This document shows positions 9,101 through 16,378 of a stretch of DNA of 64,000 nucleotides, piece after piece (position 1 is the first letter of the stretch; each line of letters begins with the position of its first letter). This stretch comes from Eubacteriales bacterium (GTDB lineage Bacteria; Bacillota; Clostridia; Oscillospirales; CAG-382). A program made the translations under genes and the position numbers. The notes under the pieces were generated by a model. That model was not told where the DNA came from, did not search any database, and was given only the letters and a program-made list of their open reading frames with translations. The stretch is from positions 2,648 to 66,647 of the forward strand of contig JAZSHQ010000021.1 in NCBI GenBank assembly GCA_045533335.1, read 5' to 3'.

Positions 9101-10148
9101 AATGGTTGCCGTGTAATCGGTTAAGCTCGTCAATGCACTTGCGCGCGTTCGAAATCAGCGAATTATCGTCGACGCGGTAGGGGCTGTCGCAATCGGGCAG
9201 GTCGGCAAGCAGGCAGAAATAAATATTATCGTCGGGATTCATATAGCGAAACCGCGCAAGCGATTCGAAAATTTCATCGTCCTTGCCGTTAAGGAGTGCC
9301 GCCACGGCAACGAGTGTTTTTGCGTTGCCGGGTATTTGCGCCAAATCAAGTCTCGGCGCACGGAACGCAGGCGCGAAGCGTGATATTATTTGGTCTGCCG
9401 CCGCGCTCGAAGCGATGGAGTAGGGAATGATCAAAAGCAAGGTTACCCACCCGACCGCATAAAAGGAAAAGGCGGTCAACAGCATTAAAATCGCCGCAAA
9501 AGCGGTTATCCACGCGAAGGTGTAGCTTTTTTGCGGAACGAAAAGATAGCTTCCGAGCGGAAGACTTTCGAGCCTTGCACGCTCGGTTAGTGCGCGCGCC
9601 GCCTCGGTTTCCGCCATACCGTTCCGCTTTGCGTAGTCGGCAAGCAATTTGCGGTACTGCTCTTTCGTTTCGCGGTCGAAAAGCGCATAGTCCTCCTCGA
9701 AGTGTGAAATTACCGATTCGGGCTCCCAAAGCTCGGGAAGAATATCGCCGTATTCGGGGTCGTCGAGCGATTGAAGCAGCTTTACCGCATTCGGTAGCAG
9801 ATATCCGCTTTTTTCGTCGCGCAGGGCTTCGCTTATGCAAACAATAGCGCAGACCGAAAGCAGGGTGGGCAGAGCGCAAAGCGTATAATAATCGAAGCTT
9901 TTTTCGCAGGACGCAAGAAAGGCTTTAAGCGTTTTCGGGGTGGCAAGGCAATCGCGCTCGGCGCAATAGCGTTTAAGCAAATAATAAAGCTCGCTTTGCG
10001 AAAGCGCATTACTGTCCGAAAGCGCCGTGCGGTAAAATTTGTCGATAATATAGAAATTATCGGTAAGCCACGCCGATACCTCGCGCGCGGAAAGGCTTTT
10101 TTGTATTACAGAATAGGAACGTTTAAGTCGTTTGCGAAGATCTTGCAT
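3102..10148 (-). CDS. Giant membrane glycosyltransferase / glycan phosphorylase fusion, cyclic beta-1,2-glucan synthase-like (GT84 + GH94-type)
   Basis: 2348-aa ORF. GT-type LTLDSDTNL and RRQHRWMRGD motifs are flanked by hydrophobic spans. The C-terminal region has GH94-style YGFRDQLQD and SCDWNDAF motifs. The architecture resembles Cgs/NdvB/ChvB. Confidence 0.75.
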   Translation of the reverse strand: MQDLRKRLKRSYSVIQKSLSAREVSAWLTDNFYIIDKFYRTALSDSNALSQSELYYLLKRYCAERDCLATPKTLKAFLASCEKSFDYYTLCALPTLLSVCAIVCISEALRDEKSGYLLPNAVKLLQSLDDPEYGDILPELWEPESVISHFEEDYALFDRETKEQYRKLLADYAKRNGMAETEAARALTERARLESLPLGSYLFVPQKSYTFAWITAFAAILMLLTAFSFYAVGWVTLLLIIPYSIASSAAADQIISRFAPAFRAPRLDLAQIPGNAKTLVAVAALLNGKDDEIFESLARFRYMNPDDNIYFCLLADLPDCDSPYRVDDNSLISNARKCIDELNRLHGNHFCLFLRERVMNESEGRYGGWERKRGAVCELVTHIVHGGKSEYYGGDFIRDIKYLLTLDSDTNLSLSGVNELLSIALHPVNAPQTENGKAVRGYGIIQPSVHTSLKSAYKTSFSRLISGTGGADAYSNAEFSRRQTLFGTGSFCGKGLINVELFDKTVNGKLPEGLVLSHDIIEGSIMRTLAATDITFTDSTPANTVSFFRRQHRWMRGDFQNLYFLFGNRLDAFSKWRLLLVALRHLSPLCSLLAVLFSAFSKGFGLALFLLAYSESLLPSALAIICFFLSGTPFASLRFFSKAYSMLAQTLMRLSFEISSSARRALLALHALALACIRLYTRKKTLEWTTAAQTEKLSSSLGKYVLDGAPSAAVGLALLAFAYPPFIRLAGLLYFVYPLVALSLSRPLGGGIEAKPNLSEKQKKLLSAQASDMVKFYLENVNSTTNHLPPDNIQMSPVYDTAYRTSPTNIGFYLISLLAARDNGDIDTQTLRTRLTESIRVIEKLKKYNGNLYNWYDIKSLSVIGDGYVSAVDSGNFLVMLIALKEGLREYADEDEQTEPLIKSIEAIITETDLTVFYDERKNLFRIGVNGESGERDKSCYDMLMSEARMTAYYAVAKHAVPKKHWSSLNRTLTHSKGYIGMMSWSGTAFEYLMPQLFLPLYRDSFMYESIAFSLMLQRAECEPWGISESGFYSFDSEMHYQYKANGIQTLALRRIAQDEKTISPYSTYLSLCLLGNSAIKNLKAFENRGMYGRYGLYEALDLNRDSGGICVKSYMAHHIGMSIIAVMNATNDNVFVKRFMSDRSMSAASELLQEKIPTGAHIFEKIFGREARESHIPAARGVRTENSSVLDPLAALLTRGDLSAVITSSGHIGFTCGERMLAHTEFSQFSMRFSPSVVFTRGNRHFGCAPLYGEGSYGFERGDGRASHIVSNKEFSGRVRYSLAKNCSCFIISTRAEANKKYSVTLAFEPVLESAKKYLSHISFSRLFIESEYDKQKRILYFHRRSGLDGRHIFTLAVAPREKDTDISFITSRESLKASSVTNVFDYAMLETDNKTGACIDPLCLIRAQNAEGGRAVFLIACGETKSECEKNIRLARADKSEYGFSLQSEMLDKMLPAILYRSGGKKVDTLSKYSINDLWARGISGDHPIVLVHISETAISRTDAILNAYVALVRACIRCELIFIVSDSDGYNRPVEKALRERCAANRLTQYLGANGGIFILRESETDKEFIAALKGKADFYYDFSSNRKSNKPLTAFGEEIIACPTVTRALTMPNGALKTNYGFFTEKSFTVDKSTLPDAPYSFVLTGKRFSTIVTQSSLGYTFYDNARERRLCSFYGDARSLDNGERIFAIINGKRYDLCAISQSVRFEAGKAVYCGSVNGTDYTLTVTVHPKFPIKLMRVEYAAGDIETRFCIELVMGNGVAPQSGIEIMQTAVSGNSCLMFKNSFGITFPEGRGFVGVCNGAADAERKCLSHIGNSTLFFIGACTTEGGAKNICARVNTAFFDSTLAEAAAFADSFIPKIKLTTKSKAQNLMFNFFLPYQVAACRFYARGSFYQSGGAYGFRDQLQDCLTLIYSSPRTVRTHLIRCCAHQYLDGSVMHWWHTRVQNRVNSGIKSKCSDDLLYLPIVIADYIEKTGDFSLLDIEVHYLTSPPLGKQNERYELPERSEIKESIYHHCLRALACAERVGKNGLILMGSCDWNDAFSLVGAKGVGESVFSTMLFIIAATAFLPFIDSRGDKDTARHYRESIERFKKNLEEKAFFGDRYARAFCDDGKILGIDGCGECEIDILSQAFAALAGLDPERTKTALNTAFSKLYDRKNRIFSLFSPPFTNGNARVGYIRGYVAGIRENGGQYTHGALWGALGFLKCGMTEEALLILDCANPASRSADKELASRYKTEPYAVAADIYGGDFAGRGGWSWYTGAASWYYRIMLEQVLGLKLGANQTLLDASPVIAFECDITLGNAHIHVVAARETEYAELDGNKATFPLSLSDGNHKLMLPLND

Positions 10149-10259
10149 AATTACTCCGAAATTACCAATTTTGAATTATTATCGGCAAATCAAGGTTTTT
10201 TATGCGAATATTCAAGCCAAAAGCCTGAAATAATAAGCAAAAAAGGATCGGATATAAAA

Positions 10260-10958
10260 ATGCAGGGCAGTTATAACTCCGAGCAGGAGAATTTTACGGA
10301 AGAAAACGAATATTGCGCCGCCTGCGCGAACGGAAACATTACCACCGTCGGCAACGGCGTTTGCATACATTCAATGGTGATAGCGGGGCAGGTCGAGGGA
10401 CATTTTGCCGCCGCACCTCAATGCAAATCGACAAAGTACGAACAATGCATTCCCACCTTGGTTGCCGTTGAGGAAAACGAAAGTATCGACGGGCTTTTAC
10501 TTCTTCTAAACACCGTCGGCGGAGATATCGAGGCGGGCCTTGCCATAGCCGAGCTGGTTTCGGGTATGACAAAGCCAACCGTTTCGATAGTTCTCGGCGG
10601 CGGACATTCGATTGGCGTGCCTTTGGCGGTGTCGGCAAAGCGTTCCTTTATCGTTCCGAGCGCTACGATGACTCTGCACCCCGTTCGGCTGAACGGTTTG
10701 GTTATCGGTGTGCCGCAGACCTTTGAAAACCTGCTTAAAATGCAGGAACGAATTATCGATTTTATCGTACGGAATTCGCGCGCCGACAGCGAAACGGTAA
10801 AACAGCTTATGACGGCGACTGACAGTATGACAACCGATATAGGCACGGTTATCGGCGGGCGCGAAGCGGTGGATTACGGCATAATCGACGCCGTGGGCGG
10901 CTTGGGCGACGCGGTAAGCGAGCTCAAAAGAATGATAAACGAGCGAAAAGGGCAATAA
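10260..10958 (+). CDS. ClpP/TepA-family (S14-like) protease homologue
   Basis: Start moved to the ATG at 10260 (MQGSYNSEQ...). The core LLLLNTVGGDIEAGLAIAELVSGMTKPTVSIVLGGGHSIGVPLAV...TMTLHPV matches the ClpP/TepA fold pattern. Confidence 0.65.
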   Translation: MQGSYNSEQENFTEENEYCAACANGNITTVGNGVCIHSMVIAGQVEGHFAAAPQCKSTKYEQCIPTLVAVEENESIDGLLLLLNTVGGDIEAGLAIAELVSGMTKPTVSIVLGGGHSIGVPLAVSAKRSFIVPSATMTLHPVRLNGLVIGVPQTFENLLKMQERIIDFIVRNSRADSETVKQLMTATDSMTTDIGTVIGGREAVDYGIIDAVGGLGDAVSELKRMINERKGQ

Positions 10959-10961
10959 AAA

Positions 10962-10983
10962 AGAGAGGTCGACAGACCTCTCT
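10962..10983. terminator. Bidirectional hairpin terminator
   Basis: AGAGAGGTC-GACA-GACCTCTCT, flanked by an A-run upstream and TTTT downstream, between convergent genes. Confidence 0.65.
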
Positions 10984-10993
10984 TTTAAGTTGG

Positions 10994-11305
10994 TTATTCA
11001 GCTTTTTTAAAAACGGTTGCTCCGCCGAAGCCCAAGGTGTCGTCATCGGCATTGTAGGTAAGAGTATCATAGGTGAAGGTCGAGCCCTCGTTCATCGTTA
11101 TTTTAATAACGTCCTCCTCTACCGTAAAGGTGCCGTAGGATTCAAAACCGCCCGTGGAGATTATAACGTCATCACCTTCGAAGGTGATTGTGATCAGTCC
11201 CGTGGCAACGTCCTCGTAAGTGCCGTCGGGTATGTTGCTTCTGCCGCAGGCGCAAAGCGAAACACACAAAACTACTGCCATAAGTGCAAACAGGATCCTT
11301 TTCAT
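10994..11305 (-). CDS. Small lipoprotein, hypothetical
   Basis: Signal peptide with a lipobox-like LCVSLCAC-G. No other motif. Confidence 0.55.
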   Translation of the reverse strand: MKRILFALMAVVLCVSLCACGRSNIPDGTYEDVATGLITITFEGDDVIISTGGFESYGTFTVEEDVIKITMNEGSTFTYDTLTYNADDDTLGFGGATVFKKAE

Positions 11306-11449
11306 AACTTACCTCCGATTATTTTATTGTCGAGATATGTAAATTTTTAACATCTCTTGTCTAAAGTATATATGAAAACTTTAACCTTGTCAAGTGTTTT
11401 TGCAACAAAAGACAAAAAGAGCGTGCGTTTGTGGTTGCACGCTCTTTGA

Positions 11450-12745
11450 TTATTGGAATCTTACAAGGAAAAAGGTGTCGCGGCCGTTGCTGTATGCCCA
11501 TATCGTATATTTGAATCTAACGCCGTTTGTATTAACGTTATTCAGCGCGTCACCGAGCGCCGACCAATCGAGATTTGCGCCAAGAACAACGGTTTGGTAT
11601 TCGTCGTTTCCGCCGTTTAAATACTCGTTTACTATCGATTCGGCAAGCATTTCTACGTTTTCAAATGCCTTTTCGTAGTAAAATTCGGTATTCTCGGCAT
11701 CGTTAAAGTAAAAATAGTTTTCGTCGGTTTTGTCGGCGATAGGGTAGTATTCCATTTCCTCGCCCCATTCGTATTCAAGGCACATATCGCGCCCTGCGTT
11801 GAAAAGGCGGTAAGAGGGTTGAACACCGACGGTATATACCACCGAATCGTCGAAGGTGACGTCGACGATATACCATTCGCCGTCGAGAAACACCGTGTTT
11901 GCAATATGCCAGCCGTCGGAATTGTAAACGTTCATACGCCCGACTTTAAATCCCGCCATCGTGGCGAGCAGATAAAATGCGTCGGTATAGCCTTGGCAGT
12001 TGGCTTTTTTATCGAGTAAAGCACCCACGGCGGTTAAATGCCGTGGCGGATTTTTCGCGTCGGGCACTTCGGTCGAGCCGTAAAAATAGGTAACGCGCTC
12101 GGCAATGGCATCGTGCAGTAAAAGTTCCAACTCAAATTCGCTGTCGGCTTCGGCTCTTGCGGCTTCAACGATCTTTTCGGCTTCCGCGAGCGTTCGTTTT
12201 TCGTCGTAGCTTAAGTCCGAGCTGTCGCCCGAAAAATAAGCGTCTGCGATTCTGTCGCCGGGGTATTCGTAAATAATTATTCTGTATTCGTTGCCGTTAT
12301 TAAGCCACCAAGTAATACAGCAAGCCGAGGTTATACGCGCGATCGTTTCGCCGTTTACCTCCTCGGGCGCGCCCGTGTATCTGAATTCAAGCTCGAACTC
12401 GCCGCTCGCCTTTTTGCCGTTCAAATAATCGCGAAGCTCTGTAAGGCTTGCAATATCGGGCATTTCGTTAGATTCCGATTCGAAACTTATATCCCCAAGG
12501 CTTTCCTCGGGAAGAGATATATCAAAGCTTTCCTCAACGCTTTCTGAAAAAATGCTTTGTTCGGAATTTTCGGTGCCGAATGCATCGGATAATTCCTGCT
12601 CACTGCTTTCGCCAAAGCCTTCGAACTCTTGCTCCAAAAAGCTTTCTATATCGTCGGGCAGGCCGAACGGGAAAAAGCAACCGCAAAAGGTGATCGAAAG
12701 GGCAAGCAGTAGCGCTAAAAAGGTTATTTTTTTCAATGCAAACAT
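11450..12745 (-). CDS. Secreted/lipoprotein transglutaminase-like (Cys-His-Asp core) protein
   Basis: N-terminal signal with Cys (SITFCGC), an acidic linker, then NCQGYTDAFYLLATMAGF...GWHIANTVFLDGEWYIVDVTFDD, which is a transglutaminase-core C/H/D pattern. Confidence 0.65.
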   Translation of the reverse strand: MFALKKITFLALLLALSITFCGCFFPFGLPDDIESFLEQEFEGFGESSEQELSDAFGTENSEQSIFSESVEESFDISLPEESLGDISFESESNEMPDIASLTELRDYLNGKKASGEFELEFRYTGAPEEVNGETIARITSACCITWWLNNGNEYRIIIYEYPGDRIADAYFSGDSSDLSYDEKRTLAEAEKIVEAARAEADSEFELELLLHDAIAERVTYFYGSTEVPDAKNPPRHLTAVGALLDKKANCQGYTDAFYLLATMAGFKVGRMNVYNSDGWHIANTVFLDGEWYIVDVTFDDSVVYTVGVQPSYRLFNAGRDMCLEYEWGEEMEYYPIADKTDENYFYFNDAENTEFYYEKAFENVEMLAESIVNEYLNGGNDEYQTVVLGANLDWSALGDALNNVNTNGVRFKYTIWAYSNGRDTFFLVRFQ

Positions 12746-12746
12746 C

Positions 12747-14342
12747 CTATAATTCTGTACGTTTTATTTCGTGCTCGTCGCCGACAAGACCGATCAACAG
12801 CCTGCGTATCTCGCCTTCATCAAAAAACCTTGCTCGCAGCACGACGGTATCGCCGACATAAAGCTTCTTTTCGCCGTCGTTGTCCATATCCTTGCGTTTT
12901 TCGTCGGCGCGGGTAATGCTTATAACCACCGAAGCCGAGGGCCACATAATATCGCGTACCGCCTTGCCGACAACAAAGGAATTGTGTGCCACCTTCATTT
13001 CGAAGCAGGCGATAACGGGTGTTTTGCCCGCATTTTGCGCGTGTTCCATATTTTCGAGCGCGTGGTCGTAAAAGGGCGTCTGGTTAAGCATTTCGGTTAT
13101 AAACGTAACCGCGAATATTACCAGCGCGACGAACAAAAGGTTTGAATATTGCCCCGTAAGCTCTATAAACAGCACAGACGAGGTAAGCGGAGCGCGCAGA
13201 GTGCCGCCGATAAAGGCGCACATACCCAAAAATACCGCTGTCGGGAAAAGTGATTCGTCCATTCCCATCGTCAAAAGCAATTTAGCAACGACCGCCGCAA
13301 ACGCCGCGCCTATTGCAAGCGTGGGTATAAATATACCGCCGGTAACGCCGCTGTCGGTAACAAAAAGCATCATAATAAGCCTTATCGCAAACAGCAACAG
13401 TAAAAACAGCACGGTTTTGTTGTTTATCATTACCTCTTCGATCGTGTGGTGACCGCTGTAAAGAGCATCGCCGAAGCTAAACGCCAATATACCGGTAATA
13501 ACGAAAATAAGCAAGAGTTTTATCGGTGCGGTGAGATATTTTTGTACTTTTTTAGTCAGCTTGCCGAAATAGGCGATAGACGAATCGAATATGCCCACGC
13601 CGATTGCGATAAGCGCGCCGAGCAAAAACAGATAGCCGATATGGGAAAGCTCGAATCCTTTAAGCGCGTCTATATGGAAAAGAGTTGCGCTTATGCCGAA
13701 CGCCGAGCAAAGAAGCTGGTTAACGTAGGTTGCCGAAACGACCGACATGGAAACCGTGAGCACGAGCATCGGAGTGAAACGCTTGTGTATCTCCTCAAGC
13801 GCGAAAAGTATGCCCGAAAGCGGTGCGCCCGTGGCAACGGCAAAGCCTGCACCCGCGCCGCCTGTCATAACGTATCTGTTCCAAGTAGATTTGTTTTTCG
13901 AAACTCTGCCGCACATCGCGCCGACAGACGTACCCATAAGCACGGCAGGACCTTCGCTGCCCAAGGGCAAACCGCAAAGAAAGCTTATCATACTTCCGAA
14001 GAAGGTAGAGAAAAGCGTTCTTAACCAGCGGAAATTAAGTACACCGCGCAGAACGCCTTCGCTTCGCGGGATACCGCCGCCCTTGCATTCGGGCGTTTTT
14101 TTGTGAAGCAGATACATAAGCATCGCCGCCACACAGAGCACCAAAAATGCAAGCGCGATATATAAAGGATTGCCTTTTGCCTGAGCGTACAAAAATCGGG
14201 ATATTTCTTCCGCCTTTTTCGCGGCTATTTTGAACAAAAATATAAGTGCGCCCGTGACCGCGCCGCAAAGCACGCCGTAGTACATACACGGAAAAACGTT
14301 TTGTATGTATTCTTTGTATTTGTAGTGTTTCATAAAAAACAC
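12747..14342 (-). CDS. ClC-family voltage-gated chloride channel / H+-Cl- antiporter with C-terminal TrkA-C-like domain
   Basis: Selectivity motifs GSEGP (LPLGSEGPAVLMG), GAGFAVATGAPLSG and GGIFIPTL. About 10 hydrophobic spans. The start could be the ATG at 14333 instead. Confidence 0.85.
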   Translation of the reverse strand: MFFMKHYKYKEYIQNVFPCMYYGVLCGAVTGALIFLFKIAAKKAEEISRFLYAQAKGNPLYIALAFLVLCVAAMLMYLLHKKTPECKGGGIPRSEGVLRGVLNFRWLRTLFSTFFGSMISFLCGLPLGSEGPAVLMGTSVGAMCGRVSKNKSTWNRYVMTGGAGAGFAVATGAPLSGILFALEEIHKRFTPMLVLTVSMSVVSATYVNQLLCSAFGISATLFHIDALKGFELSHIGYLFLLGALIAIGVGIFDSSIAYFGKLTKKVQKYLTAPIKLLLIFVITGILAFSFGDALYSGHHTIEEVMINNKTVLFLLLLFAIRLIMMLFVTDSGVTGGIFIPTLAIGAAFAAVVAKLLLTMGMDESLFPTAVFLGMCAFIGGTLRAPLTSSVLFIELTGQYSNLLFVALVIFAVTFITEMLNQTPFYDHALENMEHAQNAGKTPVIACFEMKVAHNSFVVGKAVRDIMWPSASVVISITRADEKRKDMDNDGEKKLYVGDTVVLRARFFDEGEIRRLLIGLVGDEHEIKRTEL

Positions 14343-14469
14343 CTTCTTCTTTGTTTTTTAATATCTGCATTATAAACCAAGTTTCGCGATTTGTCGATAT
14401 TTTTTGAATATTTTGTTTGAATTTGTTTGGGGGAAGAAAAAAAGACGGTGCAGACCGTCTTTTGATTTA

Positions 14470-15273
14470 TCACCCCAGCATAACGTCCAACAGCATCATA
14501 ACCGCAAATCCGCTAACTATTCCCATTGTTGCAAAATAGGGGTGCGCTTCTTGGTTTTTCTGACATTCGGGAATAAGTTCGTGCACAGCGACCAATATCA
14601 TCGCACCTGCGGCAAATGCGAGCGCGTAGGGCAACACCGTTTCGACGTAAACAACAAGCCACGCGCCGATAACGCCCGCTATCGGTTCAACCATACCCGA
14701 GGCCTGACCGTATAAAAAGCTCTTTTTCCGCGAAAACCCCTCACGCCGTAAGGGAACGGATACTGCAGCGCCCTCGGGGAAGTTTTGCAAGCCGATTCCC
14801 ATTGCAATGGTGATCGCGCCCATAAGATTTTCGGTGGAATATGCTCCGTTTTGGAGCGCGCCGAAAGCCACCCCGACTGCCAACCCTTCGGGAATATTGT
14901 GAAGCGTGATAGATAATATCAGCATTATAATTCTGCCGAAACGGGTATTTTCGTTTTGCGGCGTGTTGCTCACTCTGCGCTGTGTAAAGGTTACTATTTT
15001 GTCGCTCCCCCACATAAATAACGCCCCGAACAGAAACCCCGACGTCGCAACAAAATAAGCAGGCAGATTCGACGCAGATTCTGCGCGTTCTATGGCGGGC
15101 TGCAGCAGCGACCAAAAGCTTGCCGCAATCATTACGCCCGACGCGAATCCGAGCATAAGATTTAACGCTTTTGGGTTGGGGGATTTAAAAAAGACGACGG
15201 TCGCCGCACCCAATGCGGTCACAAACCACGTGCCGAGTGTCGCAATCAACGCCATTAATACAATATCGTCCAT
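14470..15273 (-). CDS. ZIP-family divalent metal (zinc) transporter, ZupT-like
   Basis: HNIPEGLAVGVAFG and LQNFPEGAAVSVPL motifs. Polytopic. A hairpin terminator (GACGGT..ACCGTC, about 14444-14459) follows. Confidence 0.8.
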   Translation of the reverse strand: MDDIVLMALIATLGTWFVTALGAATVVFFKSPNPKALNLMLGFASGVMIAASFWSLLQPAIERAESASNLPAYFVATSGFLFGALFMWGSDKIVTFTQRRVSNTPQNENTRFGRIIMLILSITLHNIPEGLAVGVAFGALQNGAYSTENLMGAITIAMGIGLQNFPEGAAVSVPLRREGFSRKKSFLYGQASGMVEPIAGVIGAWLVVYVETVLPYALAFAAGAMILVAVHELIPECQKNQEAHPYFATMGIVSGFAVMMLLDVMLG

Positions 15274-15374
15274 ATTGCACCTCCTATACCCATTATATTT
15301 TTTGTCGATATAAGTTGTGCAGTTTTTAATTTTGTCGGTAAAACAAAAAACGGCTCACGCCGTTTTAGTGTTTG

Positions 15375-15791
15375 CTATTTTTGCACGCGCAAATTCGGAG
15401 GAAGGATAACGTTTTGCTTTTCATCGTAAATAAACGCGCCGCATTCCGTGACATTTTCGAGAGTATCCAAAGAGTTTAAAAGCGATTCAAGCGTACCCTT
15501 GATAACCATAAAGCCTTGTCTGCCGGCGTTCATAAAATGTGCTTGGCAAAGCTTTGCGGAGGTGAATGCGGGATAAAAGGCATTGTCTATTTTTGGGTGA
15601 GTGATCAACCATAACCTCACCTTGCCCGAAGCGTCTTCGCCCGCAGGGGTGGAATAATACAACGGAAAGTCTGCATTGATATTCACAAAGTCCTGCTCGG
15701 TTATTTCCCCGTTCTTCGCCTGCTCCAACGTTTTATACCAAACTTCTTTGTTTTCGTCTTTTTTCTTCTTAAATATATCAAAAAGTCCCAT
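15375..15791 (-). CDS. Hypothetical protein (weak SseB-like resemblance)
   Basis: 138-aa ORF with a terminator hairpin (AACGGC-TCAC-GCCGTT) right after the stop. The AFTSAKLCQ region is only loosely SseB-like. Confidence 0.4.
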   Translation of the reverse strand: MGLFDIFKKKKDENKEVWYKTLEQAKNGEITEQDFVNINADFPLYYSTPAGEDASGKVRLWLITHPKIDNAFYPAFTSAKLCQAHFMNAGRQGFMVIKGTLESLLNSLDTLENVTECGAFIYDEKQNVILPPNLRVQK

Positions 15792-15871
15792 ATCTGTTCT
15801 CCGAAAATATTTTATGATTCATTGTACCATACAACGAAAAACTTGTCAATGTTTCCCTTGCATTCGAAGGA

Positions 15872-15925
15872 AAACAAAAAACGGCTCGCGCCGCTATAGT
15901 GTTTGTTATTTTTGAACGCGCAAAT
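15872..15925 (-). repeat. Orphan copy of the 3' end plus terminator of the 15375-15791 gene
   Basis: 15872-15925 aligns with 15341-15394 (terminator hairpin, stop codon and the last ~7 codons) with 7 mismatches by eye. No ORF is attached to the second copy. Confidence 0.6.
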
Positions 15926-15983
15926 CCCGTGTTCGTGCCCAATCGACCGCAGATTCAATCTTACGTAAAACGCAAAACAAAAA

Positions 15984-16000
15984 GACGGGCAACACCCGTC
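15984..16000 (-). terminator. Hairpin terminator 3' of tRNA-Pro
   Basis: GACGGG-CAACA-CCCGTC, followed on the minus strand by TTTTTGTTTT. Confidence 0.65.
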
Positions 16001-16009
16001 TTTTTGTTT

Positions 16010-16086
16010 TGGTCTGAGTGAGAGGATTTGAACCTCCGGCCTCTTGGTCCCGAACCAAGCGCTCTACCAAGCTGAGCCACACCCAG
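16010..16086 (-). tRNA. tRNA-Pro (anticodon CGG), CCA encoded
   Basis: Minus strand: acceptor CTGGGTG/CACTCAG, D arm GCTCAGCTTGGTAGAGC, anticodon arm CTTGG-TT-CGG-GA-CCAAG (G37), T arm GGAGG-TTCAAAT-CCTCT, A-CCA. Confidence 0.9.
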
Positions 16087-16120
16087 ATATTAAATTGTTA
16101 TTATTGATTGTCGCAAAACG

Positions 16121-16310
16121 CCAAGCGCTCTTCCTGTTGCGACTAAGGCTCTGTCTGCGTTCGCTTTTCCCTAAAAATGCACGCATTTTCAGGGGATCTA
16201 TATTCGTTGCTCACTTGCCAATCGCCAAGTCGCTGCCACTCGTTTTTGCTCGCTGTATCTGTCCCTGACAGCGCTCACAAAAACTCCCCAAGCTGAGCCA
16301 CACCCAGATA
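16121..16310 (-). pseudogene. Partial tRNA-Pro 5' copy (leader + nt 1-20 and nt ~22-32) split at the D-loop GG by a ~153-nt insert homologous to the tRNA-Ser insert
   Basis: 16288-16310 is 23/23 identical to 16067-16089. 16121-16134 is 13/14 identical to 16055-16068. The insert 16135-16287 is flanked by CC on both sides. The anticodon loop, T arm and 3' acceptor are missing. Confidence 0.8.
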
Positions 16311-16317
16311 CTCGGCT

Positions 16318-16346
16318 ATTATAACAAAACCGAGGTGCTTTGTCAA
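16318..16346 (-). promoter_or_regulatory. Consensus sigma-A-type promoter driving the split tRNA-Pro fragment and, by read-through, tRNA-Pro
   Basis: Minus strand reads TTGACA (16346-16341), a 17-nt spacer, TATAAT (16323-16318), then 7 nt, then the TAT leader and tRNA nt 1 at 16307. Confidence 0.7.
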
Positions 16347-16378
16347 TGCTTTTGTTTGAGAAAACACAAACCAAAATA

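Noticed and set aside
16044-16268. A 74-aa plus-strand ORF, and similarly 1571..1783.
   Set aside because: Both run antisense through tRNA genes and the tRNA-associated inserts. They use non-ATG starts and have no RBS.
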